Origin: Alphaproteobacteria bacterium bin98
Lineage (GTDB): Bacteria > Pseudomonadota > Alphaproteobacteria > Bin98
DNA length: 64,000 bases
Direction: 5' to 3'
Assembly: GCA_002238905.1 (NCBI GenBank)
Contig: MPNG01000003.1
Span: 34,121-98,120 of the forward strand
This document shows positions 18,793 through 28,326 of the stretch, one piece after another. Positions within the stretch are counted from its first letter, which is position 1. Each line of letters begins with the position of its first letter. The translations under genes and the position numbers were made by a program. Below the pieces are notes generated by a model. It saw only the letters and a list, made by a program, of their open reading frames with translations. It made no database searches and had not been told where the DNA came from.

Positions 18793-19476
18793 ATGTTGAG
18801 ACTTTATACATCAGAAAATCTATACACCAAAAAAAATCTTATCTTAACAGATAAAATGATACGCCATCTTGCCGCACGCCGCATTACTGAACAAACGTTC
18901 GCTCTTTTTAATGAACGAGAAGGAAGCTTTGAGGCACGCCTCAGCTTACGCTCAACAGCTACTGTGGGAAAGCGCATATGCGATCCATGGTCTTCACCTG
19001 CCCTACACCTTTATATAGCGCTCATTAAGCCAAAAAACCTATCATTTGTCTTAGAAAAGTGTACAGAGCTAGGGGTGACGCATTTTCAGCTCATCACCAC
19101 ACACTTTTCCCAAAACTATAAACCCAATTTAGAACGTTTAGAAAATGTGTGCAAAGAGGCCATTGAGCAGTGTGAGCGATTCACACCCCCCAAAGTACTC
19201 AGACCCATAGCTTTACACGCCCTTTTGGACACAACCACAAGCCCTTTATACGTGGCTCTCGAACGCAGCAATCACACGGTTGCCAAACCATTTAACAGCG
19301 CACATCCACACATACTAATTGGGCCAGAAGGCGGCTTTTCCCCAGAGGAAAAAACGATCCTTCTTGCACACAAACACTGCGCCCCTTTCTCACTTGGAAA
19401 CGCTATCTTAAGATCAGAAACAGCCGCCATTTCTGGGGTCGCTAACTATTTGTACTCGATCGACTCAATGCAGTAG
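18793..19476 (+). CDS. rsmE: 16S rRNA (uracil1498-N3)-methyltransferase
   Basis: The protein has the HILIGPEGGFSPEE and LGNAILRSETAAI motifs of RsmE (SPOUT). Confidence 0.7.
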   Translation: MLRLYTSENLYTKKNLILTDKMIRHLAARRITEQTFALFNEREGSFEARLSLRSTATVGKRICDPWSSPALHLYIALIKPKNLSFVLEKCTELGVTHFQLITTHFSQNYKPNLERLENVCKEAIEQCERFTPPKVLRPIALHALLDTTTSPLYVALERSNHTVAKPFNSAHPHILIGPEGGFSPEEKTILLAHKHCAPFSLGNAILRSETAAISGVANYLYSIDSMQ

Positions 19477-19925
19477 TACCTAACGCCTTCACTAGGAAGA
19501 GCCACTTCTACACTGTCGCCTTTCTTACGTCCCAAAATAGCACGAGCAAGAGGCGACTCTTGAGAGATCAGGCGATCCTCTGGATCAGCCTCAATGGGGC
19601 TTACTATTTTATAAACCACCTGATTTTCCGTCTCTTCATCAAGCAAAGTGACTTTAGCGCCAAAACGCACATCTTGCACGCCTGTGAATTTCTTCACGTC
19701 CACGACTTCTGCATTTTGCAAACTTTCTTCCAATTGCGCAATACGCCCTTCAATAAAAGACTGCTTCTCTCGCGCAGCATGGTATTCTGCATTTTCAGAA
19801 AGATCCCCATGCTTGGCAGCTTCTGCGATTGCTTTAATCACCGCCGGACGCTCCGTGTCGCGCAAATTTATTAATTCTGTTTTAAGTTTATTCAAACCAA
19901 CTTCTGTTACAAGTAACCTGTTCAT
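19446..19925 (-). CDS. greA: Transcription elongation factor GreA
   Basis: The protein has HGDLSENAEYHAAREKQSFIEGRI...SPLARAILGRKKGD. The start is placed at MNRLLV, which gives 159 aa (the track ORF extends 5 codons further). Confidence 0.8.
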   Translation of the reverse strand: MNRLLVTEVGLNKLKTELINLRDTERPAVIKAIAEAAKHGDLSENAEYHAAREKQSFIEGRIAQLEESLQNAEVVDVKKFTGVQDVRFGAKVTLLDEETENQVVYKIVSPIEADPEDRLISQESPLARAILGRKKGDSVEVALPSEGVRYYCIESIEYK

Positions 19926-19943
19926 ACAAGCCTTTCCCACACC

Positions 19944-20531
19944 CTATAGATGTAAAATTATTCCGACCGAAAACGTATGCATTGCAGCACGTTTCTCAAA
20001 AATGGCCTTTGACTGATGCGCATTTTCAGAAAGCGCAAAAGCATATCGATATGATACCTCAGAAGATAGGGCGCCTGTCAAGAGGGATTCTGTCATTATC
20101 TCCACATAACCAAAAAACATCTCCTGGTTATATTTTTTCCCTTGCGGACTTTTCATTGAAAAAATTGACTGCAAACAGCCTAAACCAAAGCTGGTTAAGA
20201 AAGTTTTTTGCACAATAGCACCAGTCACAAGACCACCACCCCAACAGTGTGATGGTATCAGCGTCCAGCTTGATTTTTCAGACACTCCACGCTCAACACA
20301 CGCAAAGGCATGCCCTCCATAGTAAACGCCCTCTCCTTTCAATCCACCAAGGTACGCATGCACCGAGGCGCCTGGCACCCATGCGGAGGGAGGGTTGCTT
20401 ATCTTTTTTGGAAAAACAGAGAATGAGGTTACGTTAATCTTAGTAGCGATACGCAAACCGACAAAATCCTTAGCTTCCAAAAAAGCTGGTGGATTCATCA
20501 GCAAAATAATTAAAAAAAAATATTTTTTCAA
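19944..20531 (-). CDS. Small outer-membrane beta-barrel protein, hypothetical
   Basis: The 195 aa protein has a signal peptide, MKKYFFLIILLMNPPAFLEA, and alternating hydrophobic beta-strand patterning. Confidence 0.4.
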   Translation of the reverse strand: MKKYFFLIILLMNPPAFLEAKDFVGLRIATKINVTSFSVFPKKISNPPSAWVPGASVHAYLGGLKGEGVYYGGHAFACVERGVSEKSSWTLIPSHCWGGGLVTGAIVQKTFLTSFGLGCLQSIFSMKSPQGKKYNQEMFFGYVEIMTESLLTGALSSEVSYRYAFALSENAHQSKAIFEKRAAMHTFSVGIILHL

Positions 20532-20609
20532 AAAACCCCTCTTTATTCACCATATCAGCTTTCCTATATTTGGAAAAGCGAATGCATGCTATATTTGATT
20601 ACAAAGTGA

Positions 20610-21401
20610 ATGATGTTTAATCCTTACGCCACATTGAGTGTCTCACCCAACGAATCTTTGCAAGCTATACGCGCAAAATATGCCCACATCATTAAGAAAA
20701 AACATCCAGACACAGCCTCTGGTTCCTCAGATCCTCAAAATATAGAAAACATCATGCAAGCGTTCTCTGTGCTAAAATCGCACCGGACCCGGAAGCTTTT
20801 TGATGATGCCACCAACGGCGGCAAAACATTTTCAGACTACAGCGCCTTTGCCGCCTTTATGCATAAACACATAGAAAGCGAGAAAAGCTCGCAAACAGAG
20901 CATGCACAACACGCCCTTTCCATCACGATTTCCTTGCAGGAAAGCTTGCTTGGAACCACAAAAAAAATCACCTTCCTCAACGCAAGCATCCATGCACGCA
21001 TTCCGCCCAACACACGTGATGCAACCGTTATTACTATTGAGCACAAAACCTCTTTGTCGCGAGTAGATACGCTTTTTTTGAAAGTATTTGTAGCATCCAA
21101 TCCGCTTTTTTCTCGAACCGCACAAGACCTCATTATGCAGTGCCCCATTTCCTTTGCGGATTCCCTCCATGGAAACACTTTTTCACTCACCACGCCACTC
21201 GAAACCCTCAATGTGCACATTCCTACGCTGGGAAGTTTTCCGTTTGCGCCTATTGTATATAAAAATCACGGCGTGGAATACGCTCCAGGTGTACGCGGCA
21301 ACCTAATCATGCATCCAGTCATTGTCCCTCCCAAAAAAGAAGATCCGGCCGCCCATCACTTAGCTGAAATCTTAAAAAACACCGCCTACAAAGTCTTGTA
21401 A
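20610..21401 (+). CDS. J-domain co-chaperone (CbpA/DnaJ-like, lacking the Zn-finger domain)
   Basis: The J-domain helix II/HPD reads IRAKYAHIIKKKHPDTAS. The C-terminal region resembles the DnaJ/CbpA substrate-binding CTDs. Confidence 0.5.
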   Translation: MMFNPYATLSVSPNESLQAIRAKYAHIIKKKHPDTASGSSDPQNIENIMQAFSVLKSHRTRKLFDDATNGGKTFSDYSAFAAFMHKHIESEKSSQTEHAQHALSITISLQESLLGTTKKITFLNASIHARIPPNTRDATVITIEHKTSLSRVDTLFLKVFVASNPLFSRTAQDLIMQCPISFADSLHGNTFSLTTPLETLNVHIPTLGSFPFAPIVYKNHGVEYAPGVRGNLIMHPVIVPPKKEDPAAHHLAEILKNTAYKVL

Positions 21402-21459
21402 TTACAAAGTGTTTTTGACAAATAACGCTCTCTGCATTATAGTATAATAGCGAAAGGCT

Positions 21460-22671
21460 ATGAAAAAAGAAAACCGCTTTTACATGGACCATATGTCCAC
21501 CACACCTTGTGATCAACGAGTTATTGATACGATGATGCCATTTTTGGTAGATCACTTTGGCAACCCTCACTCCAAAAATCATGAATGGGGATGGGATGCT
21601 AGTACCGCTGTGGAAAAAGCACGCAAAGGCATAGCATCTATCATCAACGCATCACCTAAAGAAATTATTTTCACATCTGGTGCAACAGAAGCCACTAACC
21701 TTGCCATTAAAGGCTTAGCTCTTTTTCATCCTGATAAAAAACATATTGTTACAACGCAAATAGAGCATAAGTGTGTTTTGGATTCCTGCACTTTTCTCGA
21801 ATCTCAAGGATTCAGCATTACGTATGTACCCGTACAGAAAAGCGGCATTGTGCAAGCACATGACATAGAAAACGCAATACAAGACGATACGCTTCTTGTG
21901 AGTGTTATGGCCGCAAACAATGAAATTGGCACGATTCAACCCATTAGAGAAATTGGGCATATCTGCAAAAAAAGAGGTGTTTTCTTTCACACAGATGCTG
22001 CACAGGCATTTGCAAAAATGCCTATTGATGTTGAGGATATGTGCATCGACCTTTTGAGTATTTCTGGGCATAAAATTTATGGCCCTAAGGGTATAGGCGC
22101 TCTCTTTTTGCGCAAGCGAGGCAGGCGCGTGCGCATCACACCCCTTATGACCGGTGGCAACCAAGAGCAAGGCTTGCGCTCCGGAACACTGGCTCCATTT
22201 TTGTGTGTTGGCTTAGGAGAAGCAGCCCGCATCACATGGGAAGAAAGCTCCAAAGAGAATGTGAGACTGCTAAATCTGAAGCGCACTTTGTGGAAAAAAA
22301 TACAAGCATTACCTGAAATACTCCTGAACGGAGATTTTGATAACGCTCTACCACACGTACTAAACGTAAGCTTTGCAGATGTTGAGGGAGAAGGTCTGAT
22401 GGGACACATCAGCGAAATTGCCGTTTCCTCTGGTTCTGCATGTACATCAGACTCTCTAGAGCCATCGTATGTCTTACGCGCTATTGGGGTAGACGAGTCC
22501 ATGGCGCACACATCATTGCGCATATCGTTTGGACGCTTTACAACAGAAGAAGATATTCTCCACACCGCAAACCGCATTGTGCACGCAGTCAACCATTTGC
22601 GCAACATGAGCCCGTTATGGGAAATGCGACAAAACGGCGTGGATATCTCAACAATTGAGTGGAAACACTAG
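21460..22671 (+). CDS. iscS: Cysteine desulfurase IscS
   Basis: The 403 aa protein has the PLP-lysine region SISGHKIYGPKGIGALF and SSGSACTS (active-site Cys). It is followed by iscU. Confidence 0.85.
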   Translation: MKKENRFYMDHMSTTPCDQRVIDTMMPFLVDHFGNPHSKNHEWGWDASTAVEKARKGIASIINASPKEIIFTSGATEATNLAIKGLALFHPDKKHIVTTQIEHKCVLDSCTFLESQGFSITYVPVQKSGIVQAHDIENAIQDDTLLVSVMAANNEIGTIQPIREIGHICKKRGVFFHTDAAQAFAKMPIDVEDMCIDLLSISGHKIYGPKGIGALFLRKRGRRVRITPLMTGGNQEQGLRSGTLAPFLCVGLGEAARITWEESSKENVRLLNLKRTLWKKIQALPEILLNGDFDNALPHVLNVSFADVEGEGLMGHISEIAVSSGSACTSDSLEPSYVLRAIGVDESMAHTSLRISFGRFTTEEDILHTANRIVHAVNHLRNMSPLWEMRQNGVDISTIEWKH

Positions 22672-22680
22672 GAGAGTGCT

Positions 22681-23052
22681 ATGAAATACAGTCAGAAGGT
22701 AGAAGATATTAACAAAAACCCAAAAAACGTTGGGTCATTTCAAGACAGCAACGATATTGGAACAGGACTTGTGGGAGCCCCAGCATGCGGTGACGTCATG
22801 AAGCTGCAAATTAAAGTAGAGAAAGGCGTTATTGTGGATGCGTGCTTTAAAACGTTCGGCTGCAAAGCAGCCATTGCCTCAAGCTCTCTCGCCACAGAGA
22901 TGCTTAAAGGTAAAAGTTTGGACGAAGCGCTTGCTGTTAAAAACAACGACATCGCCGCAGATCTTGCTCTCCCACCCATTAAAAAGCACTGCTCTACATT
23001 AGCCGAAGAAGCGATTCAAGCTGCTGTAGAAAACTTAAAAGAAAAACAATAA
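22681..23052 (+). CDS. iscU: Fe-S cluster scaffold IscU
   Basis: The protein has GAPACGDVMKL, FKTFGCKAAIAS and KKHCSTLAEEA, the three conserved Cys regions. Confidence 0.85.
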   Translation: MKYSQKVEDINKNPKNVGSFQDSNDIGTGLVGAPACGDVMKLQIKVEKGVIVDACFKTFGCKAAIASSSLATEMLKGKSLDEALAVKNNDIAADLALPPIKKHCSTLAEEAIQAAVENLKEKQ

Positions 23053-23060
23053 TCGGGTAG

Positions 23061-23399
23061 ATGACTCAGTCCTTCCTTACCACCACACCAGTAGCAAAAA
23101 AAATGCTCCAAAACATGCTTGTTGCCCGCGAAAAAGACACGCTTGGTATTCGCATAGGTGTGCGCACACGGGGATGCACTGGGCGCTCCTACACTATGTC
23201 CTTTGTTGACAAAGTCGACCCGCTTGACCATCAATGCGCCGTCTCAGACGCCCTCACGCTTTTTATTGATCCAAAAGCCTTCATGTTTATTGTGGGAACA
23301 ACTCTTGATTACCAAAAAACAGATACAGCGGAGGGATTTCTGTTTCAAAACCCTAATGAAAAAGGACGCTGTGGTTGTGGAGAATCTTTTTACACTTAA
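23061..23399 (+). CDS. iscA: Fe-S cluster assembly protein IscA
   Basis: The protein has GIRIGVRTRGCTGRSY and the C-terminal RCGCGESF. Confidence 0.8.
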   Translation: MTQSFLTTTPVAKKMLQNMLVAREKDTLGIRIGVRTRGCTGRSYTMSFVDKVDPLDHQCAVSDALTLFIDPKAFMFIVGTTLDYQKTDTAEGFLFQNPNEKGRCGCGESFYT

Positions 23400-23979
23400 T
23401 TGCACTCACTGCCGACACCTCATCACACGCATTCAAGTGGTTTGTGATGCGTGCTCTTCCCCCCTTGTCGCTATCAAAAAACTCAATGCTTTTGAAATTT
23501 TTGGCATAAAACCATCTACCACTCTCGACCCCAAAACCCTTAAAAGACTTTTTTTAGATGCACAAAAACAAATACACCCAGATCGCTTTATCCGTGAGCC
23601 AAAGACTTTCACCTTTGCTACAGAAGTCACGGCCTTACTCAATAAATCCTTTGCCGTGCTTTCCTGCCCTTTGCAACGATCGCTTGCCTTTATTGCGGCA
23701 CACAATCACTGCGCGGACATCAACAATGCCACGCTTGATCCCGCAATTCTTGACCACCTCTTAGAGAAGCGCGCCCAAATCGACACCGCCGAAAACACAT
23801 CTTTTGTGCAGGATATATTAACCGAAATCAGCACAGAACTCAAAAAATCGCTTGCTCGGGTCGCCTCACATATCGAACACCAACTACCAAAAAAATCATT
23901 AGAAGAGGCCGCTTTCATTAGCTACCTATTGCGCGTACAAAAAGATGCCAAAAAAAAACTCCCCCGCACTCATTTTTGA
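23377..23979 (+). CDS. hscB: Co-chaperone HscB with an N-terminal CxxC-x17-CxxC tetracysteine motif
   Basis: The J-domain reads NAFEIFGIKPSTTLDPKTLKRLFLDAQKQIHPDRF. It is preceded by NCTHCRHLITRIQVVCDACSS. The only in-frame starts are GTGs at 23371/23377, which overlap the iscA end. The exact start is uncertain. Confidence 0.6.
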   Translation: MENLFTLNCTHCRHLITRIQVVCDACSSPLVAIKKLNAFEIFGIKPSTTLDPKTLKRLFLDAQKQIHPDRFIREPKTFTFATEVTALLNKSFAVLSCPLQRSLAFIAAHNHCADINNATLDPAILDHLLEKRAQIDTAENTSFVQDILTEISTELKKSLARVASHIEHQLPKKSLEEAAFISYLLRVQKDAKKKLPRTHF

Positions 23980-25630
23980 TTTTTCCGAAAACAAAAAAAA
24001 CACACCTGTTGTAGGCATAGATTTTGGCACAACATGCTCACTGGTCGCGCATGGAGCGCCACCGGATGTTATTAAGCATGACGAATCACTCATGCTTCCC
24101 ACGTCCGTTATTTATCATGAGGATAAAACAGAGTGCGGAACACAAAGCGCTCTTGCCATCAATTCCATAAAACGCCTTCTTGGGCAAACATCTGGTACCG
24201 CACAAGCGTTGGGATTTCAGGTTGAAAAAGGATCAAATATTACGATCGTTACTCCTCAAGGCCCTAAAACACCTTTGGAAATCACTGCTGATTTTTTGCG
24301 CCATCTGCGCCAACACACAACACATGCCCTTGGATGCGATGTACATACAGCCGTCTTAACCGTCCCTGCACATTTTTCAGAGAAAGCGCGCCAAGAACTT
24401 CGTCACGCAGCATCACAAGCAGGGTGGCACATTCTCAGGCTTCTTCCAGAACCAACAGCGGCCGCATTGGCCTACAAGCTCGATACCCTAGAGCCCGCTT
24501 GCTACCTTATTTATGACTGGGGAGGGGGGACGTTTGACATCTCTATTCTTGCGCTTGAGGATGGAGTGTTTCGCGTTGTTGCTCTCAGCGGAGATAGTTT
24601 GTTAGGAGGCGACGACCTGGATCGCATTATTGCCCAAAACCTCACGAACTCTGAGCATCCAAGCACACAGGATATTGCACAAGCGCGCTTGATCAAAGAA
24701 TCTTTATGCCTCGCTCCTTCTGTGGATTGGGTACAAAACACAAACACCATCAGTGTAACAAAAGACATGGTGGCATCTTTCATAGAACCTCTGATACAAC
24801 AAACTCTCTCGATGTGTGATCAGGCTATGGAGGACGCCAACATGAGCTACAGCGACCTCCGCAACATTATTCTTGTAGGTGGCACCACCCGCCTTGCTTG
24901 CATTCAAGATGCCATCGCGCGCCACATGGGCGCACCCATCCTATCTAGCCAAAACCCTCAAACGGTTGTGGCTATGGGAGCAGCGCAATATGGGCACTCC
25001 ATCATGTGCGATAGCGATCCTAACATTTTAATTGATGTGCTACCTTTGTCGCTTGGCATTGAGTCTGTGGGAGGCATTGTGGAGGTTATTATTCCTCGCA
25101 ATACCCCTATTCCACATAACGAAACACAGGTATTTACCACTTCCATCAACGGGCAGAAATTTATTAACATATCCGTTATTCAAGGGGAACGCGATTTGGC
25201 ACAACACTGTACACAGCTTGGCTCCTTTACCATCGGTCCTCTGCAGCCTGTCCTTGCAGGCATACCACATGTCGAGGTCACCTTTTCCTTAGATGTAGAA
25301 GGATTGTTAACAGTAACAGCGTTTGAGAAGCAGTCGCAGCAATACCACCACATAACATTAAATAATATTATGGATCCCAAACACTATGAAGACACAGTGA
25401 AGGACGCCGCCCAGCACGCTCTTGCAGATGCAGAAACTTATCAGCGTGTTTTTACAAAGCAAAAGGCGCTTTTGCTGCTATCGCGCCTTCATGCATATCA
25501 AGCAAACCATACCGTAAGCGACAATATTCTTGAGGCACAGAAAGCACTGCAAGAAGGTGTTAATGAAGATCAATCCGACCTGTCAGATCTCTTGCAAACA
25601 CTAGAAAATCGTATTAATGAATCTTTGTAA
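23945..25630 (+). CDS. hscA: Fe-S cluster chaperone HscA (Hsp70 family)
   Basis: The 561 aa protein has the Hsp70 ATPase motifs VVGIDFGTTCSLVA and DWGGGTFDISIL. It follows hscB in the isc operon. Confidence 0.85.
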   Translation: MPKKNSPALIFDFSENKKNTPVVGIDFGTTCSLVAHGAPPDVIKHDESLMLPTSVIYHEDKTECGTQSALAINSIKRLLGQTSGTAQALGFQVEKGSNITIVTPQGPKTPLEITADFLRHLRQHTTHALGCDVHTAVLTVPAHFSEKARQELRHAASQAGWHILRLLPEPTAAALAYKLDTLEPACYLIYDWGGGTFDISILALEDGVFRVVALSGDSLLGGDDLDRIIAQNLTNSEHPSTQDIAQARLIKESLCLAPSVDWVQNTNTISVTKDMVASFIEPLIQQTLSMCDQAMEDANMSYSDLRNIILVGGTTRLACIQDAIARHMGAPILSSQNPQTVVAMGAAQYGHSIMCDSDPNILIDVLPLSLGIESVGGIVEVIIPRNTPIPHNETQVFTTSINGQKFINISVIQGERDLAQHCTQLGSFTIGPLQPVLAGIPHVEVTFSLDVEGLLTVTAFEKQSQQYHHITLNNIMDPKHYEDTVKDAAQHALADAETYQRVFTKQKALLLLSRLHAYQANHTVSDNILEAQKALQEGVNEDQSDLSDLLQTLENRINESL

Positions 25631-25631
25631 A

Positions 25632-25706
25632 TGGAGCGGGAGAAGGGGATCGAACCCTCGACCTCAACCTTGGCAAGGTTGCGCTCTACCGCTAAGCTAC
25701 TCCCGC
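25632..25706 (-). tRNA. tRNA-Gly (anticodon GCC)
   Basis: The reverse complement is GCGGGAGTAGCTTAGCGGTAGAGCGCAACCTTGCCAAGGTTGAGGTCGAGGGTTCGATCCCCTTCTCCCGCTCCA. It has cloverleaf pairing, a GTTCGATCC T-loop and an encoded CCA. Confidence 0.85.
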
Positions 25707-25765
25707 TTTTGCGACAAATCATTTTACCATCAACGTGGGTTGTTGCAAAGGGGTTCAGCTAGAAA

Positions 25766-26404
25766 TCAGAGTCTCTCCGCGACATGGTATCCCTGACCAA
25801 TAAAAAAGACTTCTCTGGATTCTTTTTGAGAAGAAGGCGGTTTCATGAGAGACGTTTTTATAAAGTATTTTTGCAGAGATTTTACAAAAACAGACCATTC
25901 ATGTCCTTGCCACCCTTTGCAAACAAAAACACCACCATCATCCAAAAATGCTTGAGAGCATTGCCATATTTTCTCCACTAAAACCATCATACGAATATGA
26001 TCTGTGGAGGCATGGCCAATGGTATTAGGCGCCGCATCTGACAGAACTACATCTGCCTTTTGATCAGACAAAGCGCTTCTGACTTTATCCCATCCTTCTT
26101 CAGATGAAAGATCTGCCTGCAGGCACAGCGCGCCTTCAATGGGATCCATCTCTAATCGGTCTACTGCCACGATAAAGCTAGTAGGTGTAATATGGCGCAC
26201 CACCTCAGTCCAACCACCAGGCGCAGAACCCAACTCCAAGATTCTGCGCTTTCCTTTTAAAATTTTATGCTTTTCTTCAATTTCTAATAATTTAAAGGCA
26301 GACCGCGCACGCCAACCTTCTTTGCGCGCTCTGAGTACATAGGGATCTTTCAACCATCTTTGTAACCAACGTTGCGAAGATTGCGTTCTCCTTCCCTTAC
26401 TCAT
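25766..26404 (-). CDS. rlmE: 23S rRNA (uridine2552-2'-O)-methyltransferase RlmE/FtsJ
   Basis: The protein has RSAFKLLEIEEKHKILKGKRRILELGSAPGGWTEV (SAM motif I) and the K-D-K-E catalytic context. Confidence 0.8.
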   Translation of the reverse strand: MSKGRRTQSSQRWLQRWLKDPYVLRARKEGWRARSAFKLLEIEEKHKILKGKRRILELGSAPGGWTEVVRHITPTSFIVAVDRLEMDPIEGALCLQADLSSEEGWDKVRSALSDQKADVVLSDAAPNTIGHASTDHIRMMVLVEKIWQCSQAFLDDGGVFVCKGWQGHEWSVFVKSLQKYFIKTSLMKPPSSQKESREVFFIGQGYHVAERL

Positions 26405-27666
26405 TATTCTGCTACACGCACAATGTCAGCACCACATGCCGCAAGCTTTTCCTCTATGCGTTCATATCCTCGGTCCGTATGATAGATGCGTCGTATATGC
26501 GTTTCTCCCTCAGCACCTAGTGCACACGCCACCAAAGCGGCCCCTGCTCGCAAATCGCTTGCCATTACAGTGGCACCAGATATATTGGCGCCACCATGCA
26601 CAGTGGCCCTATCACCCTGAAGAGTAATGTTGGCGCCCATACGAATGAACTCCAGCGCATGCATAAATCGGTTAAGAAAAACTGTTTCTTTTATTGTGCT
26701 GTCTCCTTCACAAAAAATAGAAAGGGCCATAAAGAAACTTTGTAGGTCGGTGGAAAAAGCGGGGTAAGGTCCGCTTTCAAAATCAAACGCTTTCAACACA
26801 CCTGCTCTACGCACACGCATACTTGTTGCATCAGGAAAACTCACATCCACTCCAATTGATTGAAGCAACTCTAACGGACCCTCCATTAAAGATGCGTCGT
26901 TGTTTTTGATAATCAGATCACCCTTAGTGATGGCGGCCATAACAGCGTAGGTCAAAGCCTCTATCCGATCAGGTAGCACGCACCACGATTCAGGCATATT
27001 GAGTGTGTCCACACCCTGTATAGTCAAAGTGCGGGTTCCAATGCCATCAATCTTTGCGCCCGATTTCACAAGAAACTTACAAAGCTCAACGACCTCTGGT
27101 TCGCAAGCCGCACCTGTTATAGTGGTTTCTCCTTTAGACAAAACTGCCACCGTTAAAATATTTTGTGTACCACCCACCGTTGGGTAAGGAAGATCAATCT
27201 GAGCGCCTTGCAATCGCGCAACTTTTGCCTGCACAAAACCTTTTTCTAAAGCAATATCAACACCCAATTTTTGGATGCCCTCAAGGTGCCACTGCACAGG
27301 TCGGGATCCGATAGAGCAGCCTCCTGGCAAAGGCACGCGCGCCTCTCCAAATCGACCCAAAAGCGACCCCAAAAGCAAAAAAGATGCACGCATTTTACTC
27401 ACATGCTCATAGCGAGGTTTCCAACACTGAACGGAACGAGTATCAACGCAGTAAATGCCGCCATCTTTGAGAGAAGTTTGAGCGCCCAAATCCTCTAAAA
27501 TAGTACCCAAAAGGATAACATCTTTTAGCGCCGATACAGGGGAAAAGGTCACGACGCTAGGGCGTAAAACGGAAGATACCATTAGAGGTAAAAGGGCATT
27601 TTTTGCACCCTGAACAGACACACTTCCAGAGAGCGCCTTACCGCCTCGAATAATGAGTTTATCCAT
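26404..27666 (-). CDS. murA: UDP-N-acetylglucosamine 1-carboxyvinyltransferase
   Basis: The 420 aa protein has [12 protein letters not shown] (active-site Cys) and the EPT-fold repeats. Confidence 0.85.
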   Translation of the reverse strand: MDKLIIRGGKALSGSVSVQGAKNALLPLMVSSVLRPSVVTFSPVSALKDVILLGTILEDLGAQTSLKDGGIYCVDTRSVQCWKPRYEHVSKMRASFLLLGSLLGRFGEARVPLPGGCSIGSRPVQWHLEGIQKLGVDIALEKGFVQAKVARLQGAQIDLPYPTVGGTQNILTVAVLSKGETTITGAACEPEVVELCKFLVKSGAKIDGIGTRTLTIQGVDTLNMPESWCVLPDRIEALTYAVMAAITKGDLIIKNNDASLMEGPLELLQSIGVDVSFPDATSMRVRRAGVLKAFDFESGPYPAFSTDLQSFFMALSIFCEGDSTIKETVFLNRFMHALEFIRMGANITLQGDRATVHGGANISGATVMASDLRAGAALVACALGAEGETHIRRIYHTDRGYERIEEKLAACGADIVRVAE

Positions 27667-28225
27667 GCGGCTTCACCATAGGGTGCGTAATGCCTCTTTG
27701 GCCCTGGTAGCGACCTTTTCTATCCACATAAGAAGTTTCACAAGATTCTGTCCCTTGAAAGAAGAGAAACTGGCAAATACCCTCAAAAGCGTAAATGCGA
27801 ATGGGCAGGCTTGTAGTGTTAGAAAATTCCAAAGTTACATGACCTTCCCATTCCGGCTCTAGCGGCGTCACATTCACAATCAAGCCACACCTAGCATACG
27901 TTGATTTGCCAATACAAAGAACCAGCACATCCCGGGGCACACGAATGTATTCCACAGTACGCCCCAAAGCGAAACTATTAGGAGGAATGTCACACGTTGC
28001 ACCAACTTTTTCCACAAGTGATGCAGAAGAAAAGTTTTTAGGATCAATAACGCGAGGATCTATATTAGAAAACACCTGAAAATGATCAGCGACCCGAACA
28101 TCATATCCATACGAAGACAGTCCATATGATAAACATCCTTCTTGATTCATTTTAGTCACAAAAGGCTCAATCATCTTGTTTTTGATTGCTTGCTCTTTGA
28201 TCCACTTGTCTGGCATAATTCCCAT
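27659..28225 (-). CDS. dcd: dCTP deaminase
   Basis: The 188 aa protein has the Dcd/dUTPase-fold motifs [23 protein letters not shown]. Confidence 0.75.
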   Translation of the reverse strand: MGIMPDKWIKEQAIKNKMIEPFVTKMNQEGCLSYGLSSYGYDVRVADHFQVFSNIDPRVIDPKNFSSASLVEKVGATCDIPPNSFALGRTVEYIRVPRDVLVLCIGKSTYARCGLIVNVTPLEPEWEGHVTLEFSNTTSLPIRIYAFEGICQFLFFQGTESCETSYVDRKGRYQGQRGITHPMVKPHG

Positions 28226-28326
28226 GCGATCTCTCCTCTTTTTTCTTTAATCGACGTTCTTTGATATTGCGGCGCAGTGCCTCAGAGTACTGGCCAAAAT
28301 TCTTCTTTTGGTAACTTTTCTTTTCA

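Noticed and set aside
21411-21450. TTGACA and TATAAT hexamers upstream of iscS, considered as a promoter.
   Set aside because: The spacing between the hexamers is 22 nt (or 14 nt to an alternative CATTAT). This is outside the 16-19 nt window, so the call is not supported.
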